Positions 1-10,043 of a stretch of 64,000 nt of DNA are shown here, piece by piece. A program made the position numbers and the translations under genes. The notes under the pieces are model-generated. The model searched no databases and was not told the origin of the DNA. It saw only the letters and a list, made by a program, of their open reading frames with translations. Every line of letters begins with the position of its first letter. The first letter of the stretch is position 1. This DNA comes from a virus (lineage: Duplodnaviria; Caudoviricetes): positions 28,290 through 92,289 of IMG/VR virus record IMGVR_UViG_3300027571_000004; one strand, given 5' to 3'.

Positions 1-1074
1 AATAACTCAATTTCTGCAACAGTTGGAATGGAATACGAAAAGTATACTGATCTAATTGTTAACAATGGAGAGCCAGGATTTATTTGGCTTGATGTTGCTC
101 GTAACTATGGTCGTCTATTAGATCCAGCAGATGGAAAAGACTATCGTGTTATGGGCTTTAATCCTTGTGCGGAGCAGCCATTGGAATCTTACGAACTTTG
201 TACACTTGTAGAAGTGCACTTAAATCGTCATGAATCCAAGGAAGACTTCCTCAAGACATTAAAGTTTGCATATCTTTATGGTAAGACTGTCACTCTTCTT
301 CCAACACACTGGCCACAAACAAACGGTATCATGCAACGTAATCGTCGTATTGGTACGTCTCTCACTGGTATTGCATCTTTTGCAGATCAAAAAGGATTGC
401 CTGCAGTTCGTGAATGGATGGACGAGGGATACAACAAGATTCGTCACTATGACCACCAGTATTCAGAATGGCTATGTGTTCGTGAATCAATTCGTGTAAC
501 AACAGTTAAGCCATCAGGATCAGTTTCAATTCTTTCTGGTGCAACTCCTGGAGTTCACTGGGGGGTCCAGGTGGAGAATTTTCTTCGTGCAATCCGATTT
601 GGAGATACTGATCCAATGCTGCATTTGTTTAAGGCAGCAAATTATAATGTTGAAAAAGATGTTGTTTCAGCAAATACATCAGTGGTTTACTTTCCAATCA
701 AATCAGGCCAAAAGCGTTCTGAAAAAGATGTAACATTGTTTGAAAAGATTGCTTTAGCAGCAACTGCTCAAAAGTACTGGTCAGACAACGGAGTATCTGT
801 CACACTTTCATTTGACAAAGAAACAGAATCAAAGCATGTTGCATCTGCTCTTCATATGTATGAAGGTCAATTAAAGGCTGTATCATTCTTGCCAATGGGA
901 AACACTGTTTATCCACAGCAACCATACACAGGAATTACGGAAGAGCAGTATGAGTCTTATATTGGCAAAATAAAGCACATTGACTTTTCTGCTATTTATG
1001 ACGGGGTAGATAATCTTGAGGCTCAAGGCGAAGCCTACTGCACAACAGACTATTGTGAGATTAAAATCAAGTAG
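1..1074 (+). CDS. nrdJ: Class II (adenosylcobalamin-dependent) ribonucleotide reductase, 5'-truncated by the window edge
   Basis: GEPG, NPCAEQPL (thiyl Cys), LCTLVEV, TTVKPSGSVS and C-terminal CTTDYC redox pair. Frame is open from position 1. Confidence 0.93.
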   Translation, partial: NNSISATVGMEYEKYTDLIVNNGEPGFIWLDVARNYGRLLDPADGKDYRVMGFNPCAEQPLESYELCTLVEVHLNRHESKEDFLKTLKFAYLYGKTVTLLPTHWPQTNGIMQRNRRIGTSLTGIASFADQKGLPAVREWMDEGYNKIRHYDHQYSEWLCVRESIRVTTVKPSGSVSILSGATPGVHWGVQVENFLRAIRFGDTDPMLHLFKAANYNVEKDVVSANTSVVYFPIKSGQKRSEKDVTLFEKIALAATAQKYWSDNGVSVTLSFDKETESKHVASALHMYEGQLKAVSFLPMGNTVYPQQPYTGITEEQYESYIGKIKHIDFSAIYDGVDNLEAQGEAYCTTDYCEIKIK

Positions 1075-1077
1075 TCA

Positions 1078-1088
1078 TGTGGTAAAAT
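1078..1088 (+). promoter_or_regulatory. Extended -10 promoter TGTGGTAAAAT
   Basis: TGTG-G-TAAAAT ends 9 nt before ATG 1098; no SD sequence. Confidence 0.6.
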
Positions 1089-1097
1089 AGACTTATA

Positions 1098-4000
1098 ATG
1101 TCTAACCCATCAAACCTATATGCTGAAAAGATTTTTGCTGAACATCCAGCAACTCTTTGGGCTTTAGACGATCAGGTAGACTATCTTTCCTTAGTCTCAG
1201 AAGAAGAAAGAACTGTTTCTTCCTGGAAAGATATATCAGGAAACTCACTTGGTCTTTCTGCTGTAACTGTTACAGATGTTCTTGACCAGCCATTTCCTAC
1301 CAGTAATGTTACAAAGATAACAGGAGAAATTCCTACTGGAGACAGCGGTGAAATTACCTGCATCAGTCTTCCTATTAAAAAATTTACACAGTTTGATTAT
1401 GAATTAGGAACCTTTGCTATTGGTGGATACTTTTATGCAAAAAGTCCTTTCATTACTGGAATCCATATCGGCTATGAGTATCGTGATGACACAAGTGGAG
1501 AGAAAATAACAAAGTTAAAATACTTTGAAACATTAGTATCAAACGAATGGATATTTCTTTCAGAAACTTTTCAAGTTCCACTAGAAGACTCTGAAATGAG
1601 TATAGTTATAAAGATAAATTATCGTGCAGGATCTGAGGTAGAGGAAGATTATGTATTTTTTACAAACGGAATTACATTGGGACAATGGTCAGAAGAATTT
1701 TGTGCAACCTCTCTAGGATCAACAAAAACATTACTTCCTTCATCAATCGCCATTGAATCCCCAACAACGTTTTCGATTGAAGCAAAGTCTTACGGATTAC
1801 AGGAAAATCCTGGATACTATATTATTAACAACAACTTTTTACTGGCAAAAAATAGCGGGATCCCCATGGTTTATGGTGCTTCTAATGTAACAGTCTTATC
1901 TCCCAACCCAGATCCATTTTATCCTTCATTGATAATTCCAGGACTAGGATTTTTAAATAAAGAAGGTCAATACAATAGTTACACTCTTGAGTTTTGGATA
2001 AGAATAAACTCAGACGCTACTCTAGTACCACTAAGAATTGTTGGCCCCATAGGTTCATCCGATGGAATATATGTTGATGGTCCATTTCTAAAGTTAAAAA
2101 TTGGTAACACATCTGGTTCATATTTTATTGGTGAATGGACTAGACCAATGCTAGTAGACTTAGTAATAAAAAATGATTCTGCAAATTTGTTAATAAATGG
2201 AGAGTCCGTAATATCTCTTTCCTATACAACTTCTGACCTTGACCTTCCCTACAAATTAAATAATGGTAAAAATCAAGACTGGGTAGGTTTTTATGCCTGG
2301 GAAAATGTTGCACCAATAGAGATTGATTGTGTTGCAATATATACATATGAAGTTCCTTCTATCGTAGCAAAAAGAAGGTTTGTTTATGGTCAGGGTGTAG
2401 AATTTCCAGAAGGTATTAATCAAGCGTATAGCGGATCTTCTATATATATAGATTATCCCTTTGCAGACTATACAAACAATTATTCTTATCCAAATATTGG
2501 CAAATGGCAACAGGGTAAACTAAACAATCTATCTGCTGCTAACAATGTTCTATCTACACCAGACTATGAATTGCCAGAAATATACTTATCTAATTCAGAC
2601 ACCGTATCTATATATGCAGATAACGATCTTGTGCAACAAGAAAATGATTTGTTCTTTTCTTTTAGGCCATCTACCACATGGGCACAGCAACATGGATACT
2701 TGTTATTCAGTAATTTAAATATGTTGCGTGAAAAGGTAAGATCTTTTTATGGAACATTTAAAGTAAAAAGTTTGTCAACAAGTGACGAAGTATTATTTTT
2801 AATAAAGTCAGGTGTTACAACAAATACTTTATCTATTGTTCTTAATAATACAACTATCAACTATGTTTTAAACTATAATGGACAAGAGTCAGTGATTCAT
2901 TCTTCATACAATGTTTATCCTGGAGAACCTTTTTCTGTTGCTATGGATCTAGACTTGTTCTCTGCTAATTTTGGCGGAGACGTAGAATCTTTTTTAGCAA
3001 ACTTTAACAGCCTAGAACTATATGTTGGTGGAAAAAGCAATCTTTCAAATACTTTTAGTGGTAACATCTATAACATTGGATTCTGTAACGAGTCAAATCA
3101 CTCAAAGATACAAGATCTTTTTAACGAAATCGGAACTTCAAAAGACTACGAAAACCTTTTTAACAACTATACAAATTCAGTAAATCATGATGGAGGAAAC
3201 TCTTATTTTGGAACAGAGGGGTGGTACTATAACTCAGAGAACGAACTTCAGAGAGTCGGATCTTCACAGTTCTGGGACTACTACCTTGACGGAGGAAACC
3301 CAGGGTCTTACTCAACATTTAAATTTAAAGATCACACAGCAAGTTATACACTAAGGCCAAAGGTTTATTTTGAGGAATACTCATTAGACATAGATGTTAG
3401 TTGCTCTTGGGAAGATTATGTCCCACTTACTTATTTTTCTCAATATGTAAAAGATGCTCGTGGCGATGACTATTATGATTTAGACTTTATTCAGTTTAAC
3501 ATCAACTATCCTTCTCCATCAAAGTTTTTAGAAGAAGAGCAAACTGGCTCTTGGACATACGCAGAACTTCAGAATGATTACTCAAACCCAATTCAAAGAA
3601 CTTATGATTCACTAGACAATCAACTTTTTACTGGTTATATGGACTACTCTGACTTAAAGAATAAATCAACCAAAAACTATAAATATAATACATCTTTTTC
3701 TTTGGTTAGGTCTTATGTTACATTTCAGTATATTGAGTCAGGGGCAAATGCGGTAGATGGGTATTTTATTAATAAAGAACTTCCACCAAAAGAAGGAGTC
3801 GTTAATCCAGGGAATAACTGGATGAATACAAAATATGAGGTTATAAATAATATGATTATCTATCCACCCTCTACAGCAGATACAAAAGATTTGGCCATCG
3901 TTACTCACCTTGAGTTTTTAGTTCCTGGAATCTTAAGAAATAAAGTCTCAATTAAAAGCCTTGAGTATGCGTCTCAATCATTTAATGAGTCATCCCCAAA

Positions 4001-4865
4001 TCCAATTGGGACTAGGTTTGGAAACTCTTTATATCCATACACAATGGCTGGAGACTATTTTGATTATAAGTCTAAAAACCCTTTTACAATTTACAAGGGG
4101 AGTTCCCCATATCTATATTTGACAAGAACTAGCGGGATAGAGTTAAAAGGAACATACGATCCTTTAATTAGTAGGGGCCTTTCAATTCCAATAAATGAGA
4201 ATGTCTCTTCAGATTATAAAATTATGGCAATGCAAAGTGCAATAAGGTTTGATCAAGACTTTTTCCCGTATGCTCCTACAGAGATTTTTGAGATTGAATC
4301 AGAAAGTGCACACATTAAGTTTTTTATTGTTGCAAATGGCCCAGATGGAAAGAGGGCAAAGATTTATGCTATAAATGCTCGAAGCGGACAACTAGAAGAC
4401 GGTATAGCGTTTTACTGGAACGGAAAGTTAGTAAAAGAGCCAACTCTGACAGTAAAGGAGTGGGGATTCCTTGGTGTCTATTTCCCAGTCCTACTTGATT
4501 TTAAAAATATGGTCGGATCTCTTAGGATTAATGGTCCAATAACCTTTAACACAATTTCATATTATAAATCCACAAACCTTATAGAAAATCAAAGGATTAT
4601 AACTAGGCCATGGTTTAACGTAAAGACTGGCCCAAACAGTCCTATTGAGTGGGCTTTCTGGGCACCAGAAGGTATCTTGTGGCGTGGGGTACTTATTAGA
4701 TCATCAACAAGCCCTGGAGGAGTCAACCCGTCTACAATCTATAAGAGTTACACAGGAACAAATAAAATAATTGTTGATAGTGAAAAGATTTTAAGATTAA
4801 AAGACTACAAGTATAGTCTTTATAGCCAAGTCACTTGGACACAAAGCACTAACACCGCCGTTTAA
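1098..4865 (+). CDS. Large virion-type structural protein, probable LamG/concanavalin A-like beta domains
   Basis: 1255 aa, beta/aromatic-rich. YTLEFWIRI...LLINGE...IDCVAIYTYEV resembles a LamG-like fold. Lies just upstream of the portal. Confidence 0.55.
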   Translation: MSNPSNLYAEKIFAEHPATLWALDDQVDYLSLVSEEERTVSSWKDISGNSLGLSAVTVTDVLDQPFPTSNVTKITGEIPTGDSGEITCISLPIKKFTQFDYELGTFAIGGYFYAKSPFITGIHIGYEYRDDTSGEKITKLKYFETLVSNEWIFLSETFQVPLEDSEMSIVIKINYRAGSEVEEDYVFFTNGITLGQWSEEFCATSLGSTKTLLPSSIAIESPTTFSIEAKSYGLQENPGYYIINNNFLLAKNSGIPMVYGASNVTVLSPNPDPFYPSLIIPGLGFLNKEGQYNSYTLEFWIRINSDATLVPLRIVGPIGSSDGIYVDGPFLKLKIGNTSGSYFIGEWTRPMLVDLVIKNDSANLLINGESVISLSYTTSDLDLPYKLNNGKNQDWVGFYAWENVAPIEIDCVAIYTYEVPSIVAKRRFVYGQGVEFPEGINQAYSGSSIYIDYPFADYTNNYSYPNIGKWQQGKLNNLSAANNVLSTPDYELPEIYLSNSDTVSIYADNDLVQQENDLFFSFRPSTTWAQQHGYLLFSNLNMLREKVRSFYGTFKVKSLSTSDEVLFLIKSGVTTNTLSIVLNNTTINYVLNYNGQESVIHSSYNVYPGEPFSVAMDLDLFSANFGGDVESFLANFNSLELYVGGKSNLSNTFSGNIYNIGFCNESNHSKIQDLFNEIGTSKDYENLFNNYTNSVNHDGGNSYFGTEGWYYNSENELQRVGSSQFWDYYLDGGNPGSYSTFKFKDHTASYTLRPKVYFEEYSLDIDVSCSWEDYVPLTYFSQYVKDARGDDYYDLDFIQFNINYPSPSKFLEEEQTGSWTYAELQNDYSNPIQRTYDSLDNQLFTGYMDYSDLKNKSTKNYKYNTSFSLVRSYVTFQYIESGANAVDGYFINKELPPKEGVVNPGNNWMNTKYEVINNMIIYPPSTADTKDLAIVTHLEFLVPGILRNKVSIKSLEYASQSFNESSPNPIGTRFGNSLYPYTMAGDYFDYKSKNPFTIYKGSSPYLYLTRTSGIELKGTYDPLISRGLSIPINENVSSDYKIMAMQSAIRFDQDFFPYAPTEIFEIESESAHIKFFIVANGPDGKRAKIYAINARSGQLEDGIAFYWNGKLVKEPTLTVKEWGFLGVYFPVLLDFKNMVGSLRINGPITFNTISYYKSTNLIENQRIITRPWFNVKTGPNSPIEWAFWAPEGILWRGVLIRSSTSPGGVNPSTIYKSYTGTNKIIVDSEKILRLKDYKYSLYSQVTWTQSTNTAV

Positions 4866-4867
4866 TA

Positions 4868-4876
4868 TGGTATACT
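4868..4876 (+). promoter_or_regulatory. Extended -10 promoter TGGTATACT, leaderless start
   Basis: 7 nt upstream of ATG 4884; no SD. Confidence 0.65.
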
Positions 4877-4883
4877 TGTGTAT

Positions 4884-5288
4884 ATGAATATGGAAAAACC
4901 AACCAAAAAGCGTAAGCAAGCGCCCAGAATGAAAGGGCAAGTGGGAGACTCCCGCGTAAAAGTTATTGAAAAGCACTACGAATGGGGTCTTTATGTTTAC
5001 AAAAAGTCTAATGGAAAATGGTTTACAGACGGCACAGGCTCAGTATTAAATATTGAATCAATGCGGGGAGACATTCTTCAGATATCAAAACTAAAAGAGG
5101 CAGCAAGACACTTTGGAGATGAAGGAGATGGCGAGTGCGTCTTCGTCCCAGGACTTACAAGAATTTCAGAAGAAGAATATTCTGAACAAAAACAAAGACT
5201 GTCAGAAGGCCTTATTCCTTCTATGAACGATCTTGGTGCAGTACAGGCAGCCAAAGATACTATTGCAAAATATGGAAGTGATGACTAA
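4884..5288 (+). CDS. Hypothetical protein preceding the portal
   Basis: Stop overlaps the portal start (TAATG). Start moved to ATG 4884 on promoter spacing. Confidence 0.75.
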   Translation: MNMEKPTKKRKQAPRMKGQVGDSRVKVIEKHYEWGLYVYKKSNGKWFTDGTGSVLNIESMRGDILQISKLKEAARHFGDEGDGECVFVPGLTRISEEEYSEQKQRLSEGLIPSMNDLGAVQAAKDTIAKYGSDD

Positions 5289-6898
5289 TGTCAGAAGATA
5301 GACAAGAGTATGTTAGAATTAAAATGGATGACACTCCAGAAGAAATAAATGTCTTTCAAGCACAAGATCCATTCAACAAAACTTGGGATGAACTAAAAGA
5401 TTTATCTGGACTAGACAACAACTTTAAACGCAGAACCTCCAGGGTAGTTAAATCTGAATCCATAGAGATGGGAAAAGTAGATGCATCTCAAGGATACATT
5501 GACTCTGCTCGTGCAGTAAACACTGGTATTAATGGAACAGCATCTAAAGAGATTAACCCAGGATTAATTTATCGTAATGGCTATGGCCTGTTTGATGTAA
5601 TTACACCACCATGGAACTTGTACGAATTAGCAAACTACTACGACACATCATTTGCAAACCATGCAGCCATTGACGCCAAGGTAGAAAACATTGTAGGACT
5701 TGGATACGATTTCAAGATAGCAGCAAGAACTATGCTTAAGTTAGAGGGATCTGAAGCAAAAGCAGCAGAGGCTGCAAGAAAAAGAATTGAAAGAGCCAAG
5801 ATTGAACTTCGTGATTGGCTAGAGTCTTTAAATAATGATGATTCATTTACATCAAGCATGGAAAAAGTATTTACTGATCTTCAGGCAACTGGTAATGCCT
5901 ACCTTGAAGTTGGAAGAACCGTAACAGGAGACATTGGATATGTTGGACATATTCCATCAACAACTATGCGTGTTCGCAGACTTCGTGATGGTTACGTACA
6001 GGTTATTGGAAACAAGGTTGTATACTTCCGTAACTTTGGAGCAACGAATCCTAATCCACTTGGAACGGACCCAAGACCAAATGAGATTATTCACTTTAAA
6101 GAATACTCACCTCTAAATACATTCTATGGAGTTCCAGATATTCTTTCTGCAATTAATGCTCTTTATGGTGATGCTTTGGCTTCACAATACAACATTGATT
6201 TCTTTAGCAACAAAGCAGTCCCAAGATATGTAGTAACTCTTAAGGGTGCAAAGTTATCTCCAGAAGCAGAAGACAAGATGTTTAGATTCTTGCAGACTGG
6301 ACTCAAAGGACAAAACCACAGAACATTATATATTCCTTTGCCAGCCGACTCAGACACAAACAAGGTTGAATTTAAAATGGAGCCTATTGAAAACGGTATC
6401 CAAGAAGGATCATTTAGAGACTACCGCAAGTCTAATCGTGATGATATTCTTGTTGCTCACCAAGTTCCTCTTTCAAAGTTAGGTGGATCAGATTCAGCAG
6501 CAATTGCTGCAGCCCTAGCACAGGATAGAACTTTCAAGGAGCAGGTAGCAAGACCAGCACAACGTAATCTTGAAAAGATGATTAATAAGATAGTTCGTGA
6601 AAAGACAGACATTGTTGATTTTAAGTTTAATGAACTTACCCTTACAGATGAAATCGCTCAATCTCAAATTTTAGAACGATACATTAAGACACAGATTATG
6701 GTTCCTAATGAAGCAAGAGAAGTTCTAGGTTTACCACAAAGAGATGGAGGAAACGAGCCTTTCCAACCTAAGCCACAAGATACTGCAAATGACAACGCAG
6801 ATCGTGCACGGGATGGAGAAAGACTAAACAACCAATCCGATGGGTCTGCTACAGTAAGTGGTAGAAATCCCAAAGGTGAAGGACGAGCATCTCAATAG
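5288..6898 (+). CDS. Portal protein
   Basis: 536 aa with TGNAYLEV, EIIHFK, YGVP and PNEAREVLGLP motifs typical of HK97/PBSX-type portals; precedes protease and capsid genes. Confidence 0.92.
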   Translation: MSEDRQEYVRIKMDDTPEEINVFQAQDPFNKTWDELKDLSGLDNNFKRRTSRVVKSESIEMGKVDASQGYIDSARAVNTGINGTASKEINPGLIYRNGYGLFDVITPPWNLYELANYYDTSFANHAAIDAKVENIVGLGYDFKIAARTMLKLEGSEAKAAEAARKRIERAKIELRDWLESLNNDDSFTSSMEKVFTDLQATGNAYLEVGRTVTGDIGYVGHIPSTTMRVRRLRDGYVQVIGNKVVYFRNFGATNPNPLGTDPRPNEIIHFKEYSPLNTFYGVPDILSAINALYGDALASQYNIDFFSNKAVPRYVVTLKGAKLSPEAEDKMFRFLQTGLKGQNHRTLYIPLPADSDTNKVEFKMEPIENGIQEGSFRDYRKSNRDDILVAHQVPLSKLGGSDSAAIAAALAQDRTFKEQVARPAQRNLEKMINKIVREKTDIVDFKFNELTLTDEIAQSQILERYIKTQIMVPNEAREVLGLPQRDGGNEPFQPKPQDTANDNADRARDGERLNNQSDGSATVSGRNPKGEGRASQ

Positions 6899-6928
6899 TT
6901 GAGATATCGTAAAAAAAGGCTCTATAAT
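6899..6928 (+). promoter_or_regulatory. Sigma70/SigA-type promoter TTGAGA-18-TATAAT, leaderless
   Basis: TTGAGA 6899-6904, TATAAT 6923-6928, GTG 6 nt downstream. Confidence 0.65.
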
Positions 6929-6934
6929 ATACTT

Positions 6935-8320
6935 GTGACTAATATCTTCAAAGCCCATTGGAATTCAGATGGGGATAACATACGACTATCTATGCCTCTA
7001 ACAAAGGTTGACAAAGAACGTCGAATTGTTTCTGGTTTTGCATCATTAGATAACGTTGATAAGCAAGATGATATTGTAACAGCAGAAGCATCTATGGATG
7101 CATTTGCAAAGTTTCGTGGTAACATCAGAGAAATGCACCAACCATCAGCAGTAGGAAAGATGGTTTCATTTAAAGAAGATAAGTATTTTGATCCAGAATC
7201 AAAGAAGTTTTATAAGGGTGTTTTTGTGTCTGCCTATATTTCAAAGGGAGCACAAGATGCATGGGAAAAGGTTATTGATGGAACATATACAGGATTTTCA
7301 ATTGGCGGAAGAATGAACAAGTGGGATGATGCTTATGATGAGAAGTCAGATAAGTCAATTAGAGTTATTAAAGAATATGATTTGGTAGAGTTGAGTCTTG
7401 TTGATTCCCCTGCTAATCAGTTTGCAAACATTGTATCTGTTGAAAAAGTTGACGGAGTAGATGTTATTAAAGTTGACGAAACAGTTTTAGAGAATGTTTT
7501 TTATGATAAAGAATCAGGCCTTGTAATGGTTTCAGAGAATGAATCTGAAGTTAGTCCAACATCAGGTGAAGATATGGTGAATATAGGTTTCGTTGAAAAA
7601 ACGGATAACGAAAAACTAAATATGATAAAGTTCTTAGTCGATAGTGCTAAAGGCATTAATACTTCTAAGATTAACAAGGAGGCAAATCCTATGGCAAAAA
7701 CAACAAAAAACGTAACAGAAGAAATCGTTGAGAAATCAGAAGTTGCAGTTGAAGCAGTAGAGATCGCTCCAGAGGCAGTTGCCGTTGCGGAAGCAACAGA
7801 AGCAGTCGAAGAAGCAGTAGCAAAGTCTGATACAGAGAAAGCAGTAATGCCATCTCATGGTAAAGATGATGCTGAAGAAGATGCAGAAGAATCAACAGAA
7901 AAGGCTGCAAAGCCAATGACTGATGAAGAAATTGCACTTGCTGAAGAGGCTGAGGCAAAGAAGCCAATGGCTCCTAAGTCAGACGAAGTTACTGCAGATG
8001 CAGATAACACTGTCGATCTTAACCAAGCCTTTAGCGATCTAGTATCAACAGTAAAATCATTGCAGGCAGAAGTAGAAATGCTTAAGTCTTCAAAGGTAGA
8101 TGTTGAAGTAGCAAAAGAGTCATTTGAAGCAGTTGCAAAAGATATTGCATCAGCAACAAATACATTCAATGAATTTGGTAAGCGAGTGGAACTTGTAGAG
8201 CAAGACACTGCTTTCCGAAAGTCTGGCGATCTCGGCGAGATAGTACAGAATCAGCCTGAAACGGTTGAAAAATCCCTATGGGGCGGTAGTTTCCTCAAAA
8301 CAGCCGATCTATTCATTTAG
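6935..8320 (+). CDS. Prohead maturation protease fused to acidic scaffold domain
   Basis: EMHQ, GFSIGG and ELSLVDSPAN are HK97-type protease motifs; E/A-rich coiled C-terminal half. Start set at GTG 6935. Confidence 0.88.
   Translation: MTNIFKAHWNSDGDNIRLSMPLTKVDKERRIVSGFASLDNVDKQDDIVTAEASMDAFAKFRGNIREMHQPSAVGKMVSFKEDKYFDPESKKFYKGVFVSAYISKGAQDAWEKVIDGTYTGFSIGGRMNKWDDAYDEKSDKSIRVIKEYDLVELSLVDSPANQFANIVSVEKVDGVDVIKVDETVLENVFYDKESGLVMVSENESEVSPTSGEDMVNIGFVEKTDNEKLNMIKFLVDSAKGINTSKINKEANPMAKTTKNVTEEIVEKSEVAVEAVEIAPEAVAVAEATEAVEEAVAKSDTEKAVMPSHGKDDAEEDAEESTEKAAKPMTDEEIALAEEAEAKKPMAPKSDEVTADADNTVDLNQAFSDLVSTVKSLQAEVEMLKSSKVDVEVAKESFEAVAKDIASATNTFNEFGKRVELVEQDTAFRKSGDLGEIVQNQPETVEKSLWGGSFLKTADLFI
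7691..8320 (+). CDS. Probable nested in-frame scaffold protein
   Basis: Strong SD AAGGAGG (7676-7682) 8 nt before in-frame ATG 7691 at the protease/scaffold boundary. Confidence 0.6.
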   Translation: MAKTTKNVTEEIVEKSEVAVEAVEIAPEAVAVAEATEAVEEAVAKSDTEKAVMPSHGKDDAEEDAEESTEKAAKPMTDEEIALAEEAEAKKPMAPKSDEVTADADNTVDLNQAFSDLVSTVKSLQAEVEMLKSSKVDVEVAKESFEAVAKDIASATNTFNEFGKRVELVEQDTAFRKSGDLGEIVQNQPETVEKSLWGGSFLKTADLFI

Positions 8321-8343
8321 AAAAAATCACAGGAGGTGACAAT

Positions 8344-9492
8344 ATGTCGGAACAAAATATAGAAAAGAACCAGCCTGGAACATCAGGTCAACTTGGTGGC
8401 ACAGCCCCAGGTTTGTATCAAGGACAAGGAGCATTTGCTTCAGGTTCAGATGCAGGTTCAAATGTACCAGGTAATTACACTGATGGTGGTGTATTGGGTA
8501 ATATCCCAACAGCACTAGCAGGAGTAAACTCTGGTCCAAATGCAGTTAACCCTTCAGGTGAGGCTGGATCAGGTATCCTACGCCCAGAGCAAGCACGTCG
8601 TTTTATCGACTACGTGTGGGATGCTACCATTCTCGCCCAAGATGGCCGTCGTGTTACTATGAGAGCCAATACAATGGAACTCGAAAAGGTAAACGTCGGA
8701 GAGCGTGTTATTCGTGCAGCAGCGCAAGCAGTTGGCGATTACACAAACGCAGGTGCAACATTCTCAAAGGTTGAATTGACTACAAAGAAGATTCGTCTTG
8801 ACTGGGAAGTATCTGCAGAATCACTAGAAGATAATATCGAAGGTGCACAACTAGAAGACCACATTGTTCGTTTGATGACAAATGCTTTCGGTAATGATAT
8901 CGAAGACCTTGCAATCAACGGAACAGGATCTGGTTCAGATGCATTCCTAGGAATTATGAACGGATTCGTAAACCGTGTAAAGACAGACGGAGATGCTCAT
9001 GAGTCAGTTGTAACAGTCGCTAATAACGCCTGGACAACAGATGTAATGCAGGACATCATCCTTGCAATGCCACGTAAGTATCGTGCTATCAAGTCTAACT
9101 TGAAGTTCTATGCTGGTACAGACGCATTCCAGGGAATCGTTAAGAATAACGGTACTCTAGCAGACGCAGTCGCAGAAGCATTTGCTTCTCAGGCTGGCGG
9201 TACTCCAACAAATCGTCAAGCATATCTTGACGGTGGAGCACAGACATTCGGTGGAGCACGTACAACTCGTGTCCTAGGAATTGACGTACAAGAAGTTCCT
9301 TACTACCCTGCAGGATATGTCGACTTGACATTCCCACAGAACCGTGTATGGGGCTTCCAGCGTGATATCACTGTTAACCGTGAATACAGAGCAAAGAAGG
9401 ACACTGTAGAATATACAGTATTCGTACGCTTTGGACTTCAATGGGAAGAACAAGATGCTATCGCATTCGCTGATGCTGCAGCAGACGCATAA
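8344..9492 (+). CDS. Major capsid protein (HK97 fold)
   Basis: SD AGGAGGT. GILRPEQARRFID, SLEDNIEG, DIEDLAINGTG and RVLGIDVQEVP motifs. Strong codon bias; follows the protease. Confidence 0.92.
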   Translation: MSEQNIEKNQPGTSGQLGGTAPGLYQGQGAFASGSDAGSNVPGNYTDGGVLGNIPTALAGVNSGPNAVNPSGEAGSGILRPEQARRFIDYVWDATILAQDGRRVTMRANTMELEKVNVGERVIRAAAQAVGDYTNAGATFSKVELTTKKIRLDWEVSAESLEDNIEGAQLEDHIVRLMTNAFGNDIEDLAINGTGSGSDAFLGIMNGFVNRVKTDGDAHESVVTVANNAWTTDVMQDIILAMPRKYRAIKSNLKFYAGTDAFQGIVKNNGTLADAVAEAFASQAGGTPTNRQAYLDGGAQTFGGARTTRVLGIDVQEVPYYPAGYVDLTFPQNRVWGFQRDITVNREYRAKKDTVEYTVFVRFGLQWEEQDAIAFADAAADA

Positions 9493-9511
9493 TCTGTAAA
9501 CAGTAAATTTT

Positions 9512-9548
9512 AGGGGGAGTAGGAGTTAGTTCTCCTGCTCCCCTTATT
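9512..9548 (+). terminator. Intrinsic terminator after the capsid gene
   Basis: AGGGGGAGTAGGAG / CTCCTGCTCCCCTT stem followed by A/T tract. Confidence 0.8.
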
Positions 9549-9557
9549 AACTTATAA

Positions 9558-9566
9558 TGATATAAT
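9558..9566 (+). promoter_or_regulatory. Extended -10 promoter TGATATAAT
   Basis: Directly after the terminator; SD AGGAGG and ATG 9585 follow. Confidence 0.65.
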
Positions 9567-9584
9567 ACTATTTAGGAGGAAATA

Positions 9585-10040
9585 ATGGAAAATATAAATG
9601 AAAATCCAGCAACAGAGCCAGAAGTATTTGAGACTCCAGTAATTGTTGAAGAGCCAATTGTTGAACAATGGCATCCACCAGTTTTTGAAGAACCAGTACA
9701 CGTAGAGCCTGCAGTGGAAGAAGTTCCTGTTGAAGCACCAGCAGAAGTCATTCATGCACCAGCATATCCAACAGAGCCAGAAGTTCAGGCTTTAGGAAAT
9801 GTAAACGGAGCAATTGGTGTAACAACTGCACCAGTAACAAGAAAGATTTCTTCAAAGAAGTCAACAGAGCCAAAAGAAACAGTTGCACTTAGATCTACAA
9901 AAAATGTAACTTGGCCAGGAGTAGGCAAGATCTACAACGGTATCAATATTGTTGAAAAAGATGCTGCTGATCAGTGGCTAACTCGTTCACATGTTACGCT
10001 TGCAACACCAGAAGAAGTTGCCAAGGAATTTGGTAAGTAA
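9585..10040 (+). CDS. Hypothetical head-associated protein with E/P/V-rich N-terminus
   Basis: Good SD; lies between capsid and adaptor genes. Confidence 0.7.
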   Translation: MENINENPATEPEVFETPVIVEEPIVEQWHPPVFEEPVHVEPAVEEVPVEAPAEVIHAPAYPTEPEVQALGNVNGAIGVTTAPVTRKISSKKSTEPKETVALRSTKNVTWPGVGKIYNGINIVEKDAADQWLTRSHVTLATPEEVAKEFGK

Positions 10041-10043
10041 TTC

